From assembly GCF_036365525.1 (NCBI RefSeq), contig NC_090408.1:31674269-31738268 (forward strand): DNA of 64,000 nt, read 5' to 3'. The stretch is from Heterodontus francisci. Lineage: Eukaryota. The position numbers and the translations under genes were made by a program. The notes beneath the pieces were generated by a model, which saw only the letters and a list, made by a program, of their open reading frames with translations, made no database searches and was not told the DNA's origin. Positions 52,087 through 64,000 of this stretch are shown one piece after another. Positions within the stretch are counted from its first letter, which is position 1. The number at the start of each line of letters is the position of its first letter.

Positions 52087-53569
52087 TCTGCACATCAAGG
52101 CAACATACCTGAGCTGAGATCAGTTCTTCACTAGAGGGAAAGCGCACTCACCAAACTGCTTACTGATACTGAACTTTTGAACTACTTCAGTGTTAACCAT
52201 AATTTTATTAGGAACAGGTTACGATATGAAACTATTCATTTTACTGGCTGATTTGAGGAGTCAGTCCAGTATGGCTCTCCTAATCATGATTTGTGTTTGC
52301 ACTTTCCTCAATTTCAGTTCAATAACTTTGAGCTACTTGGAATAAAAACTAGATTAGCAATGGAAAGGCACAGATCACAAACCAGCAAAAGTCTGTCTGG
52401 AGGGAATTTTCAGAGTCCTGTGTCATTTATGTCATTCAAAAGCGATCTAGATAATATCAAATTGTAAATAATATCAAAGTTACTGATGACACTAACCTGT
52501 TTGGCCAGTGTGCAGCACAGAAAACATTCAAAGGAATCCAGACAAATTTATCAGAGGTGTTTAAGGATAAGTGCTTATATTTGTATAGCACCTTTAACAT
52601 AATAAAATGTCAACATTGGAATGAAGCATCTCAAGGTATTTGATTACAACTTTAAATTAATTATTTTTAATGCACCCCTATTGGTTCTGGCTGCACTTGG
52701 AATATTTTGTGCCATTTTGCATTGGAGAGCGTTCAGAAAAGAACAACTCTTCTAAGATTAGGAGTAAGAACCGTGGAGGGAGTTGGTCTTTGTCAAACCT
52801 GATCTGGGAGTGCAGGGTACCTGAATTGGGAATGTGCTCTATTCTGAACACACAAAATGGAAACATGTAATACTTCTAAATGTCATGAACATATTTATTA
52901 GAAAAACATTGGCACACTAAAAGGGTCATTTTAATTTACCATTCTGGTAAAAGTTTAAATATGCCATTCATTATCTAATAACAAATGACTTAATTGCGTA
53001 AAGCATTGAACAATTATGAGGGTTGTTATGTTATAAAACTGGTTTCATTGCACTCTCAATGGGACACATGCTTCTGCATAAAGGGAGAAGCTTCATTTTA
53101 TAAGTTAATGTGGTCTTTCTGATTTCCTCAGTTCAATACTTCCAATGATTATTTTGTGTGGTAACAACTAGGGAACTACATAACTCCTCATAGATTTGGT
53201 GTGAAGTTTTAGTCAGAGCGATATTGAAGGAATTTCCAAGTTTCATTGCTATTTTCTTTTATTCCTGATGTGCCGTCTCATGAGCTGCCCCAAGCCTGTG
53301 TGCCACCTTGCTTTACTTCATTTGACTGTAGTGTTGGTAGTGAAGTGACTAGTTTACACTTTTAGACACAATGCAACAGGGTGTTTTGTAAACAGTTTCT
53401 TCATGTTTCTCTGTGTCTTCTCTGATAAAGTTCAGCCTGCTCGTCTTCATCTAGGCCATCCTGATGCGCATTAAGATCTCTCTGTTTAACCCCTTACTTT
53501 GCTCTGCACAATGCTTCATACTGTGTTTCAACATATTTTCCCTCTCTTCTCTCCCTCTCAATCTGTTCT

Positions 53570-53745
53570 ACATACAAACATGCAAAATAGGAGCAGGAGT
53601 AGTCCACTCAACCCCTCGAGCCTGCTCCGCCATTCAATAAGTTCATGGGTGAACTGATTACTCCACATTTCCACCTACCCCCGATAAGCTTCCACCCCCT
53701 TGCTTATCAAGAATCTATCTATCTCTGCCTTAAAAATATTCAATA
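53570..53745 (-). mobile_element. CR1 3' tail fragment
   Basis: ataggagcaggagtag...cctgctccgccattcaataag. Confidence 0.7.
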
Positions 53746-55689
53746 TTCTCTGGTCTTTTTTTTGTTCCTCACTGGCACTCTGCATTTCTCAATCCCCTCG
53801 TTATTGTAGGTTAACCATCTTGAAATTTAATTCTCCTAAGATCAGATGGGTACAAATCAACAGCATGCTTATCATCATCATTATTAAATATTTAGATAAT
53901 ACAATTTTTCAAAACTCCAGCATTTTTTGTTTTGTTCATTTTAAAATCTGTTTTTCTTTATCATTTTCCTTCATTACTTATAGTTTTCTAATGCACATTT
54001 TGAGAGAAGAGTTGAATGGTGAACATGATTTTTAATTTTAATGGGCAGTAGATAGCGGATTCAGTGGTGAAGAGGGCAAAGAGGAAATGGCAAATGTGTT
54101 AAGCAGATTCCTGTTATGTGTTTACCAGTGAAGTCTGAGATTAAGTTGCAGACGCAGTGTTTTTGTCTCGGGTTTCTCTGGGATACTTGATGTACAATGA
54201 ATAATGGATGGAATGCACAGAGGGAAATCAAACAGCAGATCACATGGCTGTAATGTAGCCTGCTCAGCATTTCATCCATTTTTAAATTAATGGATGGAAA
54301 GGTCCTTTGGACTGGTATGTAAAGTCTGGTATATGGCACACATGCCCTGTACAATTAACTTTATTTTCTGCGTCATGGTTTTTGAGTCCACATTTACATG
54401 ATGCATACTTCTCTAGTAAAACCATTACAGGTCTTCAGCCAACGCATGGTATAGTTGCACTCTCCCCGATGGTTCACCCACAGTTATTTCCACCCCATTT
54501 TTGTGCTGATTTTCATGTTTTTTGCACAACTTGGATAGCCTGGTTCTGCATTCCTGCTTGCTCATCCCATTTGCAGTTGCCCATTTCCAATTGCAGATAG
54601 AGCCTACATACTCCCCACTCATTACTTTCCTTGCTGCTAATTGTTGGGCCTTAACACTAGCACTGTTGGTACATCTGACCTGTTTGTTGCAGCCCAGTTA
54701 TGATTTTGGTCTCTTCTGTCTTCCGGTTCTGTTTAGTACACTTCAGGTCTCGTGCACCCACATTACAACCCCAAACCTCATGACACCAATTCCCAACTCT
54801 CAACATTCTGACCCCATAGCCCCAAACCCCGGACCTCCAACTGCTCCACAAACCCCATCCCTCCTTGGTCTGGTCTAATGCATCCTCTGGTGGATTTCCA
54901 GCACTGACCTAATAGCATTAGTTCATTACAAATACTTGAACTGATTATTGTGTGCCAACATTTCCCCCAGATTATGTGGTGATAATGATGGTGAAACTGT
55001 CACAGTTCATCATCTTTACTCCATTGGAACTGATGGTGACTTCTGGAGTCTGCACATGTGCAAAATAATGTGGAAATCCCGAAGTTGTTGCCAGTGCTTC
55101 TATGCTTCTCCATGGGGGGTCACCCCCCCCCCCCCCCCCACCACCCTCCAAGACTTCAATGGATTTCCCATTGATTGTATTGATGAGGACTTCCACCCTT
55201 GCGCTGTCAGTCTTAACTAATACAACGGGGACCCCAGCTTGGCTAAAATAAAAGTTAGAGGCACTTTGCCCTAAAGATTTAATGGTGCCTGACCCTACAA
55301 TATGTTGGGAGGAAGCTCCTGCTCCTGCTCATTTCCAGCTGAATTGCATCACTCCACCTGCCATACTGGTGTAGACAAAAATAAAGGCTTTTGGGATAAT
55401 GCTTGAAACAGGCATTAGCCCTTCTGCATATGCAAGTAAGAGGCTTGGTGCCTGTTTGAGGTCCTCTCTGCAATATTTGTTTGCCCTGTTGCAGCAGCCA
55501 CCATTTCTTAAGATGGAAACAAGTTTAGGTCTATGGTGAGTGTACTTGGATGTGCGAGTGAAACATCTGTGAGAACGTGTGAGCATATGGGCGAATACGT
55601 ATATATGCTTATATACATTGGGGTGTATATGTCTCTTAATTAAGGATCCATGCATCATATTTGACCCCGAGATGAACTTCTGGCCACAT

Positions 55690-57195
55690 ATCCCCACCAT
55701 CACCATGACTGCTTATTTCCACCGTCGTAACATGTCCTGACTCTGTCCCTGCCTCAGTTCATCTGCTGAAACGCACATCCATGCCTTTGTTACCTCTAGA
55801 TTTGCTGTCCTAGTTAGCTTACTATCTTCCACCCTCCATAAACAAACCTCATCCAAAACTGCTGCCTGTATCCAAACTTGCATCAGGTTCCATTCACCCT
55901 TCATCCCTGTGCTCACTGATCTACATTGGCTTCTGGTCATGCAATGCTGCAATTTTAAAATTCTCCTTCTTGGTTTCAATTCCCTCTGTGGCCTCAGTCC
56001 TCCCTATGTCTGTAACCTCTTCGAGCCCTACAACCCTCTTGGGCTTTCCCAGTCGCTCTACTGTTGGTGGCTGTGCCTTCAGCTGTCGCGGCCCTAAGCT
56101 CTGGAATTCCCTCCCTAAACCTCTGCCACTCTACCTCTCTTTCCTCCTTTAAGATGCTCCTTGATACCTATCTCTGCCCTAATATCTTGTCATGCAGACC
56201 TCCACCTGCCAAGAATGAGGCATATCATTTTGTCATATGAACATTGATTTTAAACTGTTGCTGGAACAAGGAAGTGACTTGTTAAACAGATCAGCCGTGG
56301 CTAGAAAAAAACATTTACATACTAACAGTGCTTGTGGAGACAAAGGACCATTCTCTGACACATTCACCCCACAATGGACTTTGATCACTAGACATTGAAG
56401 GTGAGGAAGCTCACATCCCAGGATGAAAGCTAAAATGGCTGAATCCACAAACCGATAAGGTCAAACCAGCTAGTCACATGATTAACCTGCTGGGCAACCT
56501 GAGTTTTTTTTTGAATTGAAGGCAGTTTGAGAGAGAGATAGACTGTTTGCTCCTGGACTGTAAAGACCTCCTGTCTGGCTCGCCACAGCCTCTCCTGTCT
56601 GCTCCCATCGCTTTCTCATGGAACTCCAAGTCCACTGAAGACGTGAACCTCGAGAGAAAAGTCTCCTACATCAAACAAGGTTTAAGAATAATACTGGGCC
56701 CCAACAAAAAGCAAGATCTACCTACAATCAAGGACTCTACAGCGAGCTCGAAGAACAGTAACCAAAACCATCTTCAGATAGTGCCTCAAACTTTTTCACT
56801 TTATTTCTTCTCTTCTGTCTCTATCTGCATGTGTGTTTATCACATATGCATGCTAACATGGGTGCGCTGCATATCCAGATGCGTTAACTGAATTAGAGTT
56901 TAAGTTTAATAAAAGTTCAACCTTCTTCAAACCTAAGAAAAGGCTGGTTTTTTGGCCTTATAATTGGAAAGCAGTGAACAAGGATTCACCAAGGGGGAGC
57001 TAAAACATGGTGTGTTTAAAATTAAACCCCATTACGGTAAGACCAGGTGAAGGCTGAGAGGGAACCCTGGACCCTTCTCACCTGGTCATAACAATCTCAT
57101 GTACATGACGTCAAGTTTTGTTTGATAATGCTCCTGTGAAGAGCCATGGGATGTTTTACTATGATGAGGGCACTATATGAATTCAAGTGGTTGTT
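55690..57195 (+). mobile_element. L2-type LINE 3' fragment split by a solo LTR
   Basis: AETHIHAFVTSR, LTDLHWL and GPKLWNSLP remnants before 56188; tail resumes after 57093. Confidence 0.7.
56188..57093 (+). mobile_element. Solo LTR (family of 1552-2459)
   Basis: TGTCATG...TAACA, 4-bp TSD ATCT on both sides. Confidence 0.88.
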
Positions 57196-58095
57196 GGTTA
57201 TTGTGTGGAGAATGTTTACAATGCACTATATCTAATGTTAGATCCAGCACTGGTATTCCAGATGTTTTGCATCCTCCTTTCCCACCGTGAATTTTGTGTT
57301 TGAAGATGGCATTATGTCTCAGTTTCCACGTTCTTAGCTGGATTCAATAAAGGGAGCAATTTATGATTTTAAATCTGCATTATTTTTTTTAAAAGATTAT
57401 TAAACATGTCTTTATTTTTTCTGTAAAATGTTGACATTTATTATTTAACCGGTGTAAGCATGAAAATTCTCTTTCACAAAATAGTGTTCTCTGATATCAA
57501 GGTGCTGTCATTATTAATGCAGACAGTTCTCACTTAACAGTAACCTGCAGCATGTAAATGCCAACAAAGTTACTTATACAATATATCAATGCAATGTTAA
57601 CTTCACTTTTTGAATTTCAAAAAGCAGTCTGAATAGTTCACACAAATACAACATCAATAATTGAAAATCTTACATTTATACTTAATTACAGCTTGCCGAA
57701 GATTCAAAATGCTTCACAAACAAGGAAGTGCAGTGACTGTTACTATGCAGACAAACACGATAGCCATCCCAGAAACAACAAGCAGATGGCTCACCAGTTA
57801 ATCTGTTTTGGTGGTGCTAGTAGAAGGAGGAATGCTGCTTAGGACATTCTAAGCCTCTTGCGTGTCTTTGAACTATGCTATGGGATCTACAATGCCCACC
57901 TGAACCACTGGCATAGCCAGAGGGAGCCTCAGTTTGATGTCTCATCTGAAGGATGATGTTTCCAACATTACAGCACTTTACTGTATGAAAATGTTGGGTC
58001 TAAATGATGTGCCTAAAGCTAGAGAGGGGTTTGAACCCTCAACTGAATAATGTGACTGAATTAAATCAAAGGCTTCAATTTCTAGGAAACGTAAT

Positions 58096-58514
58096 TCAAA
58101 AGTCAGACTGAGCTGTTCCACTGGGGACAACAGGGACCATCTGAATGTGATTAAGGACCTTGCCGTTTATATCGCCTCGTGCAAAGTTGACAGTGGCTAG
58201 CTTTCCAACATGTTTCGCTTCATACCGCGTGATCTGTGTTCCTGTCCCTCTCCAACACGTCATGATATCCTTTCGGAAGGAAGGGGTGTAGAATCCATAT
58301 ATGATGGGATCTGAGCAGGTGTGCAGCAAGGCAAATAAAAACAGAATGTGGTTGACATATTCTGGCACGTTCTTCAGTATGTCCGGCTTGAACCAGTACC
58401 ACAGTCCGAGGAAGTAATATGGGGTCCAGCAGATGATGAAGGATACAACAATGACGATGGTCATTTTAAGGGTTTTCATTCGTGCCTTCAATATGTAATC
58501 ATTTTGTGTTCTTG
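58096..58514 (-). CDS. GNRHR: GnRH receptor exon 3 (ICL3, TM6, TM7, C-tail)
   Basis: ttttgcag|(A)RTQNDYILKARMKTLKMT...CWTPYYFLGLWYWF...VPEYVNH...HTCSDPIIYGFYTPSFRKD...SDF*; paralog number not assignable. Confidence 0.95.
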
Positions 58515-59074
58515 CTGCAAAATAAATCTCACTGTAAGTGCCTGAGTCATATAAACTGATACAAGTTGAAGTGAGATAATTTCAACAGTCTCTACACTAT
58601 ACATACAATGTTACCGTGCTTGCGACTGATTTCCTGAGCAATTACAGTGCATTAAATACTGGTCTTTCATCCAATCTGCATGAACAGTTTTATATTTCCC
58701 TGTTAAAAGCCTATTCTTTCTCGCTGACCCTTCTTTTAGTTTGCCCCTGACAACCAAATCCTGAAAGTGTGCTGGGGTCCCCATTGCATTAGGATGAAAG
58801 TAAGTGGTGGTGTTTCAAGAGTATTCAGCATTCTTTCACTGACTCTGGAACCCAATGCCCTGGCCTCTGACTCCTACAACACTCCCAGCTTTCTGGAAGC
58901 ACCATATAAATATTTAAATGAGCCCTGTATCTATTTGCATATGCAATCAGCTTATTTGGGTGTAGGTGCACATAATCCTTGAGCCGTGCGTCTGGTGGTT
59001 CTGTACTAGGACTGCATTCTACACCCCACAGTATATAAAATACAGCTTGCGACAAGCAGATAAACAACAGAAAA

Positions 59075-59490
59075 ATAAGAAAGACTTGCATTTATATAGC
59101 ACCTTTCACAACCTCAGAACAGCCCAAAGCCCTTAACAGCCAATGAAGTACTTTTGTAAGTGTGGTTACTGTTGTAATGTAGGAAACACAGCTGCCAATT
59201 TTGCACACAGCAAGCTCCCACAAACAGCAATAAGGTAACAACCAGATATTTGTGATGTTGATTGAGGAATAAGTATTGGCCAGGACAACACTTCTGTTCT
59301 TTGAAATAGTGCCAAGGGATCATTTATATCCATTGGAGGGATCAGACAGGCCCTGGGTTTAATGTAACATCTAAAAGACTGCATCTCCTTGAATGCTAGA
59401 CTTGATTTTCATGCTCAGGTCCTGGAGTGAGACTTGAACCCACAACCTTCCTGCCTCAGAGTTAAGAGTGCTACCAAGCAGGCCACAGCT
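59075..59490 (-). mobile_element. DeuSINE-like SINE in GnRHR intron 2
   Basis: aagacttgcatttatatagcacctttcac...gacttgaacccacaacc...agagtgctacc, as in 17913-18350. Confidence 0.75.
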
Positions 59491-59696
59491 GATACCTTTA
59501 GCAAGGGCAGGGATCATGAAGATGTGTTTCAGTTAAAAGCTATGCCTGCTACAGGCACATATTAGAAAATTGTTGGCACACTCCCCATAAATTGCCCTCC
59601 ATCCATGGATTGTACATCTGTAACACTAACTTATAGAACATGCTTATAAAGAACACAGGAAGCTGCACGACTGTGGAGCAAATACTCAAACCTCAC

Positions 59697-59898
59697 CTCT
59701 GTTTGCTTTCATCTGCTTGCTTATTTCCCACAGAATCCTGCTGTAACAGATGACCATGACAGTGAGAGGTGTGACATACAGGGTGATGAAGGTGAACATG
59801 TTGTAGAAGGTTTCATGCCAATGTTCAGTGAAGCTTCCATACGTCACACACTGGGTGAAGTTCGTGCCATGGACGTTCTGCACCTGGAAAATGAAGAG
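59697..59898 (-). CDS. GNRHR: GnRH receptor exon 2 (ECL2, TM5)
   Basis: tttctcag|LFIFQVQNVHGTNFTQCVTYGSFTEHWHETFYNMFTFITLYVTPLTVMVICYSRIL...KANR|gtgagg; 202 nt. Confidence 0.96.
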
Positions 59899-60117
59899 CT
59901 GAGAAATGGAGAGGGGATGTTACTCTTTGTAGGTGCTGCTCTTGACATTAATGTGTTGTCTGTGCAGAGTGAGTGTTGCTGTAGTAAGTGATGTCAGGCT
60001 GTGCAGAGTGAGTATGAGCTGTAGTACTTAACAGGATGAGCATGCAGCTTGAATATGGCTCTAGTAAGCTTAAAAGCTGCTCACTGTACACTGCAGTCCA
60101 CCCCCTAGATAGCATAC

Positions 60118-60636
60118 CTGAGGAGCTGCCAGGAGCATGCTTGCAATCCATGCCACGGAAAGCATTAACCTGTTCCTGTGACTGGCACTGATGAAGCTGA
60201 ATGGGTTCAAGATAGCTGAATGGCGATCCATGCTGATAACCACGAGGACGAGCGCTGATGCATACATGGCAAACAACTTCAGGAAGTTCAGGGCTTTGCA
60301 TGCCATGTCCCCTGCATACCACTGGATGGTTATATTCCAAACTGCATCCAGTGGCATCACCAAAACAGTTACCATTAGGTCAGCGACGGTGAGGCTCAGA
60401 ATCAAAATCCTGATGTGTGAATTTCTTCTTTTCTTGATGACATTGAGCAGAACAGCGGTGTTGCTGAACACGGACAGGACGAAGAAACAGAATGTCACTA
60501 TTACGCGGGCTCTGGCTGCCACAGTGAAGGCTGGAGCAATCCAAGGCTCCAGAGGAGTGGGCCTTGCATTAGAAAATCCAAACTCTAAAATATGAATTCT
60601 TTCCGATTGATTAGTAGATGCTAATGAATCCATCAT
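60118..60636 (-). CDS. GNRHR: GnRH receptor exon 1 (N-terminus, TM1-TM4)
   Basis: MMDSLASTNQS...PAFTVAARARV...ADLMVTVLVMPLDAVWNITIQWYAGDMACK...LKLFAMY...MDRHSAIL...AAPQ|gtatgc; an acceptor just before the ATG suggests an upstream 5' exon. Confidence 0.96.
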
Positions 60637-62320
60637 TGTCTGTGGGAGCAAAAAATACTAAAAGTAACATTATTGGCATGTTTTCACCTTTAGCATTCCT
60701 GATACAGTGCTGCATGTAGCAGGCTTGTGTCTAAATTTCCGCCATTGACTCCTAGATCAAGAAACCCTGTGCCTGGACAACTAAATAGGGAAACATAACC
60801 CCATGTTAAAATTAGCTTGCACTTTCTGTTTTTATTTCAGATTTCCAGCATCCCCAGTATTTTTCTTTTGTTCAAAACTAATGTTCTTGACCCCTTGCTT
60901 CAGTGATATATTTCAGAGATATTGGGGTTGATTCAATGAATTAGTACTTTTGGTGCAGAGCTTCGTGTGGTGGGAGTGCATGACAGGTATTTGGTTGCAC
61001 AGGTCAGCTCATCTCTGCATCTGTATCCCTGTTGGGCACAGGGCTTTAACTCATGTTATTTGTTATTCCTTGACAATACCATTACTGAAGTTAGCACTTT
61101 TTGCTTACTGAAAATCTTTAGGTTTATCTGAGGTTTTTAAATTCTAAATTACTTCTAAATTATTAGGATGTTGTTATTAGAAATGGGGAAAAATAGCCTA
61201 GAATTCACCTTTTCAAATATCATCCTCCCTGGCATTAGAGTCACACTTGAATACTCCTCCCTCTTCCATTGTTGAGCAATAGCTCTATCTTTTCTTGTCA
61301 TACTAGACTGCTGGCCTTCAAAGCTGTGGCATCCGATATTATCTTTATATGATGGGCATTCTGTTTCACTTATTTCATATAGTCCCAGTGGGATTGTATT
61401 CATATTAGCATCATTAGCAGATACACAATGAGTTTAAAAAGATAAAAATCTTACAAAACTGAGCAATCACTTGTATCTGCAAAGTTATCTCATCAAATGC
61501 AATCATTGAAATCTGTCCTGTAATCTATTCCACAATGTGCTACTGTTTGCACCTAATCTTAGATTTCTTGCAGTACTGGCAGTGACTAAAAGCTACGGTG
61601 TTTGACATTGAATTGGGAGCTATGCTACAGCGTGACAGTTAATCTTAATGCCAGTTTTTACCAATTAGTATTTGAATGGGATGCTGAATCACTGTAGTTG
61701 CCTGTTGGCCAGTGCTGGTCACTGTGGGTGCAATGCTCATTTAAAGATCTGACTGCGCATCGCCACCTTTTCAATGTTGCATCTGTCAACAGCACTGAGA
61801 GCTTGAGCACTTCATATTAAAATTAGAATTTGCACTTGAGAAATTAATATATAACAATGAATAAAATATGGTTCAGCTGTGTTGAGACCTCTGATCATCA
61901 TCTTCACCGTTGCTTGTTATTTTGTGTTTTGTGAACCGTATTGGTTTTATGGCTTTGATTGGGCTTTTGTAGCAAATAGAACAAGTGGCTGCAAAATGTA
62001 GGTAGTGCTGTTCTGTAGAGTTAGAAATAAGTAACTATTAATGAAGCGTAGTCTATCAAAGCTTAAATTGTACAATATGTTTAATTTCTCATCACTTACT
62101 GATCCAAAAACATAATTGAGGGTGAGCCACTGCACCGAGCAATTTTTAATGGACGTCGTCTTAGAGAAGAAAAAAAACAAATGATTGAGAGAAAGCCATC
62201 CTTTTAATTCATTATATCATTACATCCAGTGACAAATGGGAAATAATTTAAATCAGTTAACTGTGCTAAGATAATCATACGTGCAACCCTTTCATTACTG
62301 CGGTAACTCCTCCTCTTTGC

Positions 62321-62499
62321 TTGTTAACTACATCAAACTAGAAAGGAGGGTGATATACACTTAAATAAAAGCAAAATACTGCGGATGCTGGAAATCTGAA
62401 ACAAAAACAAGAAATGCTGGATTCACTCAGCAGGTCTGGCAGCATCTGTATAAGTATACACTTATATCACCCTCCTTTCTAGTTTGATGTAGTTAACAA
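62321..62499. repeat. Perfect 37-bp inverted repeat enclosing a Penelope pLTR fragment
   Basis: 62321-62357 is the exact reverse complement of 62463-62499; pLTR piece at ~62364-62450. Confidence 0.92.
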
Positions 62500-63707
62500 T
62501 CAGTTAATGTTTATTAAGGCAAACATTCCAGCTATCCCAAATATACCTTTTTTTCCTTTCTGATGCAATATTTTGATAAGGGAATTTGGTTAACTTGTAA
62601 ATCAAGTTCGGTTACTATATTAGGTTATTACAATGATTAGTTACAGTATTAGTTAATATCAAAACATTGTTAAACTTGAACCACAAATTGCACAAGTTAC
62701 TTTGTTAAATTATCACAGCTAGTAACTAAATTACTAGATGATTACTACAATGAATTGTTACAGAATTAGTATGATCAAAATTAGATATATTTTTAATTGG
62801 ATTGAATAGTCATGCCATTAAATTATCACATTGCCAGTTAGATTACTGGAAATTATAACAGTGAATAGGTTACTTTATCAGATTATCACAGTTGATGATT
62901 ACATTATTAGATGATTATCACAATGCTTAGTTACTGCAATAGATCATCACTGTCCACGATTGTAGTATTGGATCACAAAGCACACAGCAATGCCAAATAC
63001 AATTACTTACAATGAGCAGAGCCACCCTTTCCTGGTCGATTTCAGGCACCTAAACTTTTTCCTGTTTTCCCATTCCAGTCATGACTGAATTGTCATTGCA
63101 AACCAAGACACTGAATGCCGGGCTGAAGGTCTCTGATCTGTGAACCAACCACACAGTGTAAAGGCTGGAGATTCTAAGGAAAGTTATTTTTATCAGTTAA
63201 AGCCAGGTCTCAAAAAATCTATCTATGCTGTCAGTTCAGCCTAGCTCCTCCCTCTTGTACAAGCCGTTACCATGGATAAATTAACACGTGAAGAGCTGGG
63301 GGGTAATTTTTGGAGGATGATGGCAATGTTCTGTGGTAGCTTTTGAAAATTCAGTAAATCTTTGGAAGCTCATTATTATGAAAATAATGCTCAAAGATGT
63401 TTTAATCCAAAAGAAAACACATTCCCCACTTTTTGCTTATCCTATTCTGTAATACTGAGCTATACTGCAAAGAGTGAAACCTAACACAACAGCATTCTCC
63501 CCAAGCAAGAAGGTAGGATGGATGCGAGTGGAAGCAGGAGTGACAAATAGCGCTCAGAGCAGTGTACCAAACCCAAGGTGGGGAACAACATGATGGCAGC
63601 AAAGGCCATGTGGTATTTTCTGGAACAGACAGCATGTTGAGGCAAGAGCACAGTCGGCAGGAACTCGTATTTACCTGCTGGAAAGCAGGCAGGTAGATAT
63701 TGTACAC

Positions 63708-64000
63708 TCCAATTTCCACCCTTCTCTCACCTTTACATGGGCCATCTCTGACACTTCCCTTCCCTTCCTCGACTTCTCTGTCTCCATCTCTGGGGATAGG
63801 TTGTCTACCAATATCCATTATAAGCCCACTGACTCCCACAGCTACCTCGACTACACTTCTTCACACCCTACCTCCTGTAAGGACTCCATTCCATTCTCCC
63901 AGTTTCTCCGTCTCCGACGCATCTGCTCTGATGATGCTACCTTCCATGACGGTGCTTCTGATATGACCTCCTTTTTCCTCAACCGAGGATTTCCCCCCAC
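63708..64000 (+). mobile_element. Young Penelope-like element RT region (5'-truncated, continues beyond the window)
   Basis: Open frame SNFHPSLTFTWAISDTSLPFLDFSVSISGDRLSTNIHYKPTDSHSYLDY...FSQFLRLRRICSDD. Confidence 0.9.

Noticed and set aside
1552-57093. One giant LTR element carrying PARP16
   Set aside because: Each LTR has its own TSD and the two are substantially diverged
13988-60636. Functional GnRH cluster (NSMF-like domain near GnRHR)
   Set aside because: The NSMF link to GnRH neurons concerns a different gene; only a domain is shared, and proximity alone is not evidence

Overview
Vertebrate (very likely shark/elasmobranch) nuclear DNA, judged from spliced genes and a repeat landscape of CR1 LINEs, V-SINE/DeuSINE-type SINEs, Penelope elements and solo LTRs. 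Three genes can be reconstructed by hand with GT-AG sites and consistent phases. (1) On the minus strand, the 5' part of a gene that fuses an NSMF-C-terminal/DUF4347-like domain to a NEK8/NEK9-like kinase domain (exons 14672-13988, 1443-1267, 787-672; runs off the left edge). (2) A complete 6-exon PARP16 on the plus strand (21908-28574, 333 aa), head-to-head with gene 1. (3) A complete 3-exon, C-tailed, PEY-type GnRH receptor on the minus strand (60636-58096, 379 aa). The most notable items are the DUF4347-NEK fusion kinase; a ~3.2-kb EN-RT LINE whose 5' end is a tRNA-like SINE head, with four nearby SINEs that look like its internal-deletion derivatives; Penelope hammerhead-like motifs; and a perfect 37-bp inverted repeat enclosing a Penelope fragment upstream of the GnRH receptor. 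All homology calls come from recognised motifs, not database searches. Repeat boundaries are approximate unless a TSD is given.
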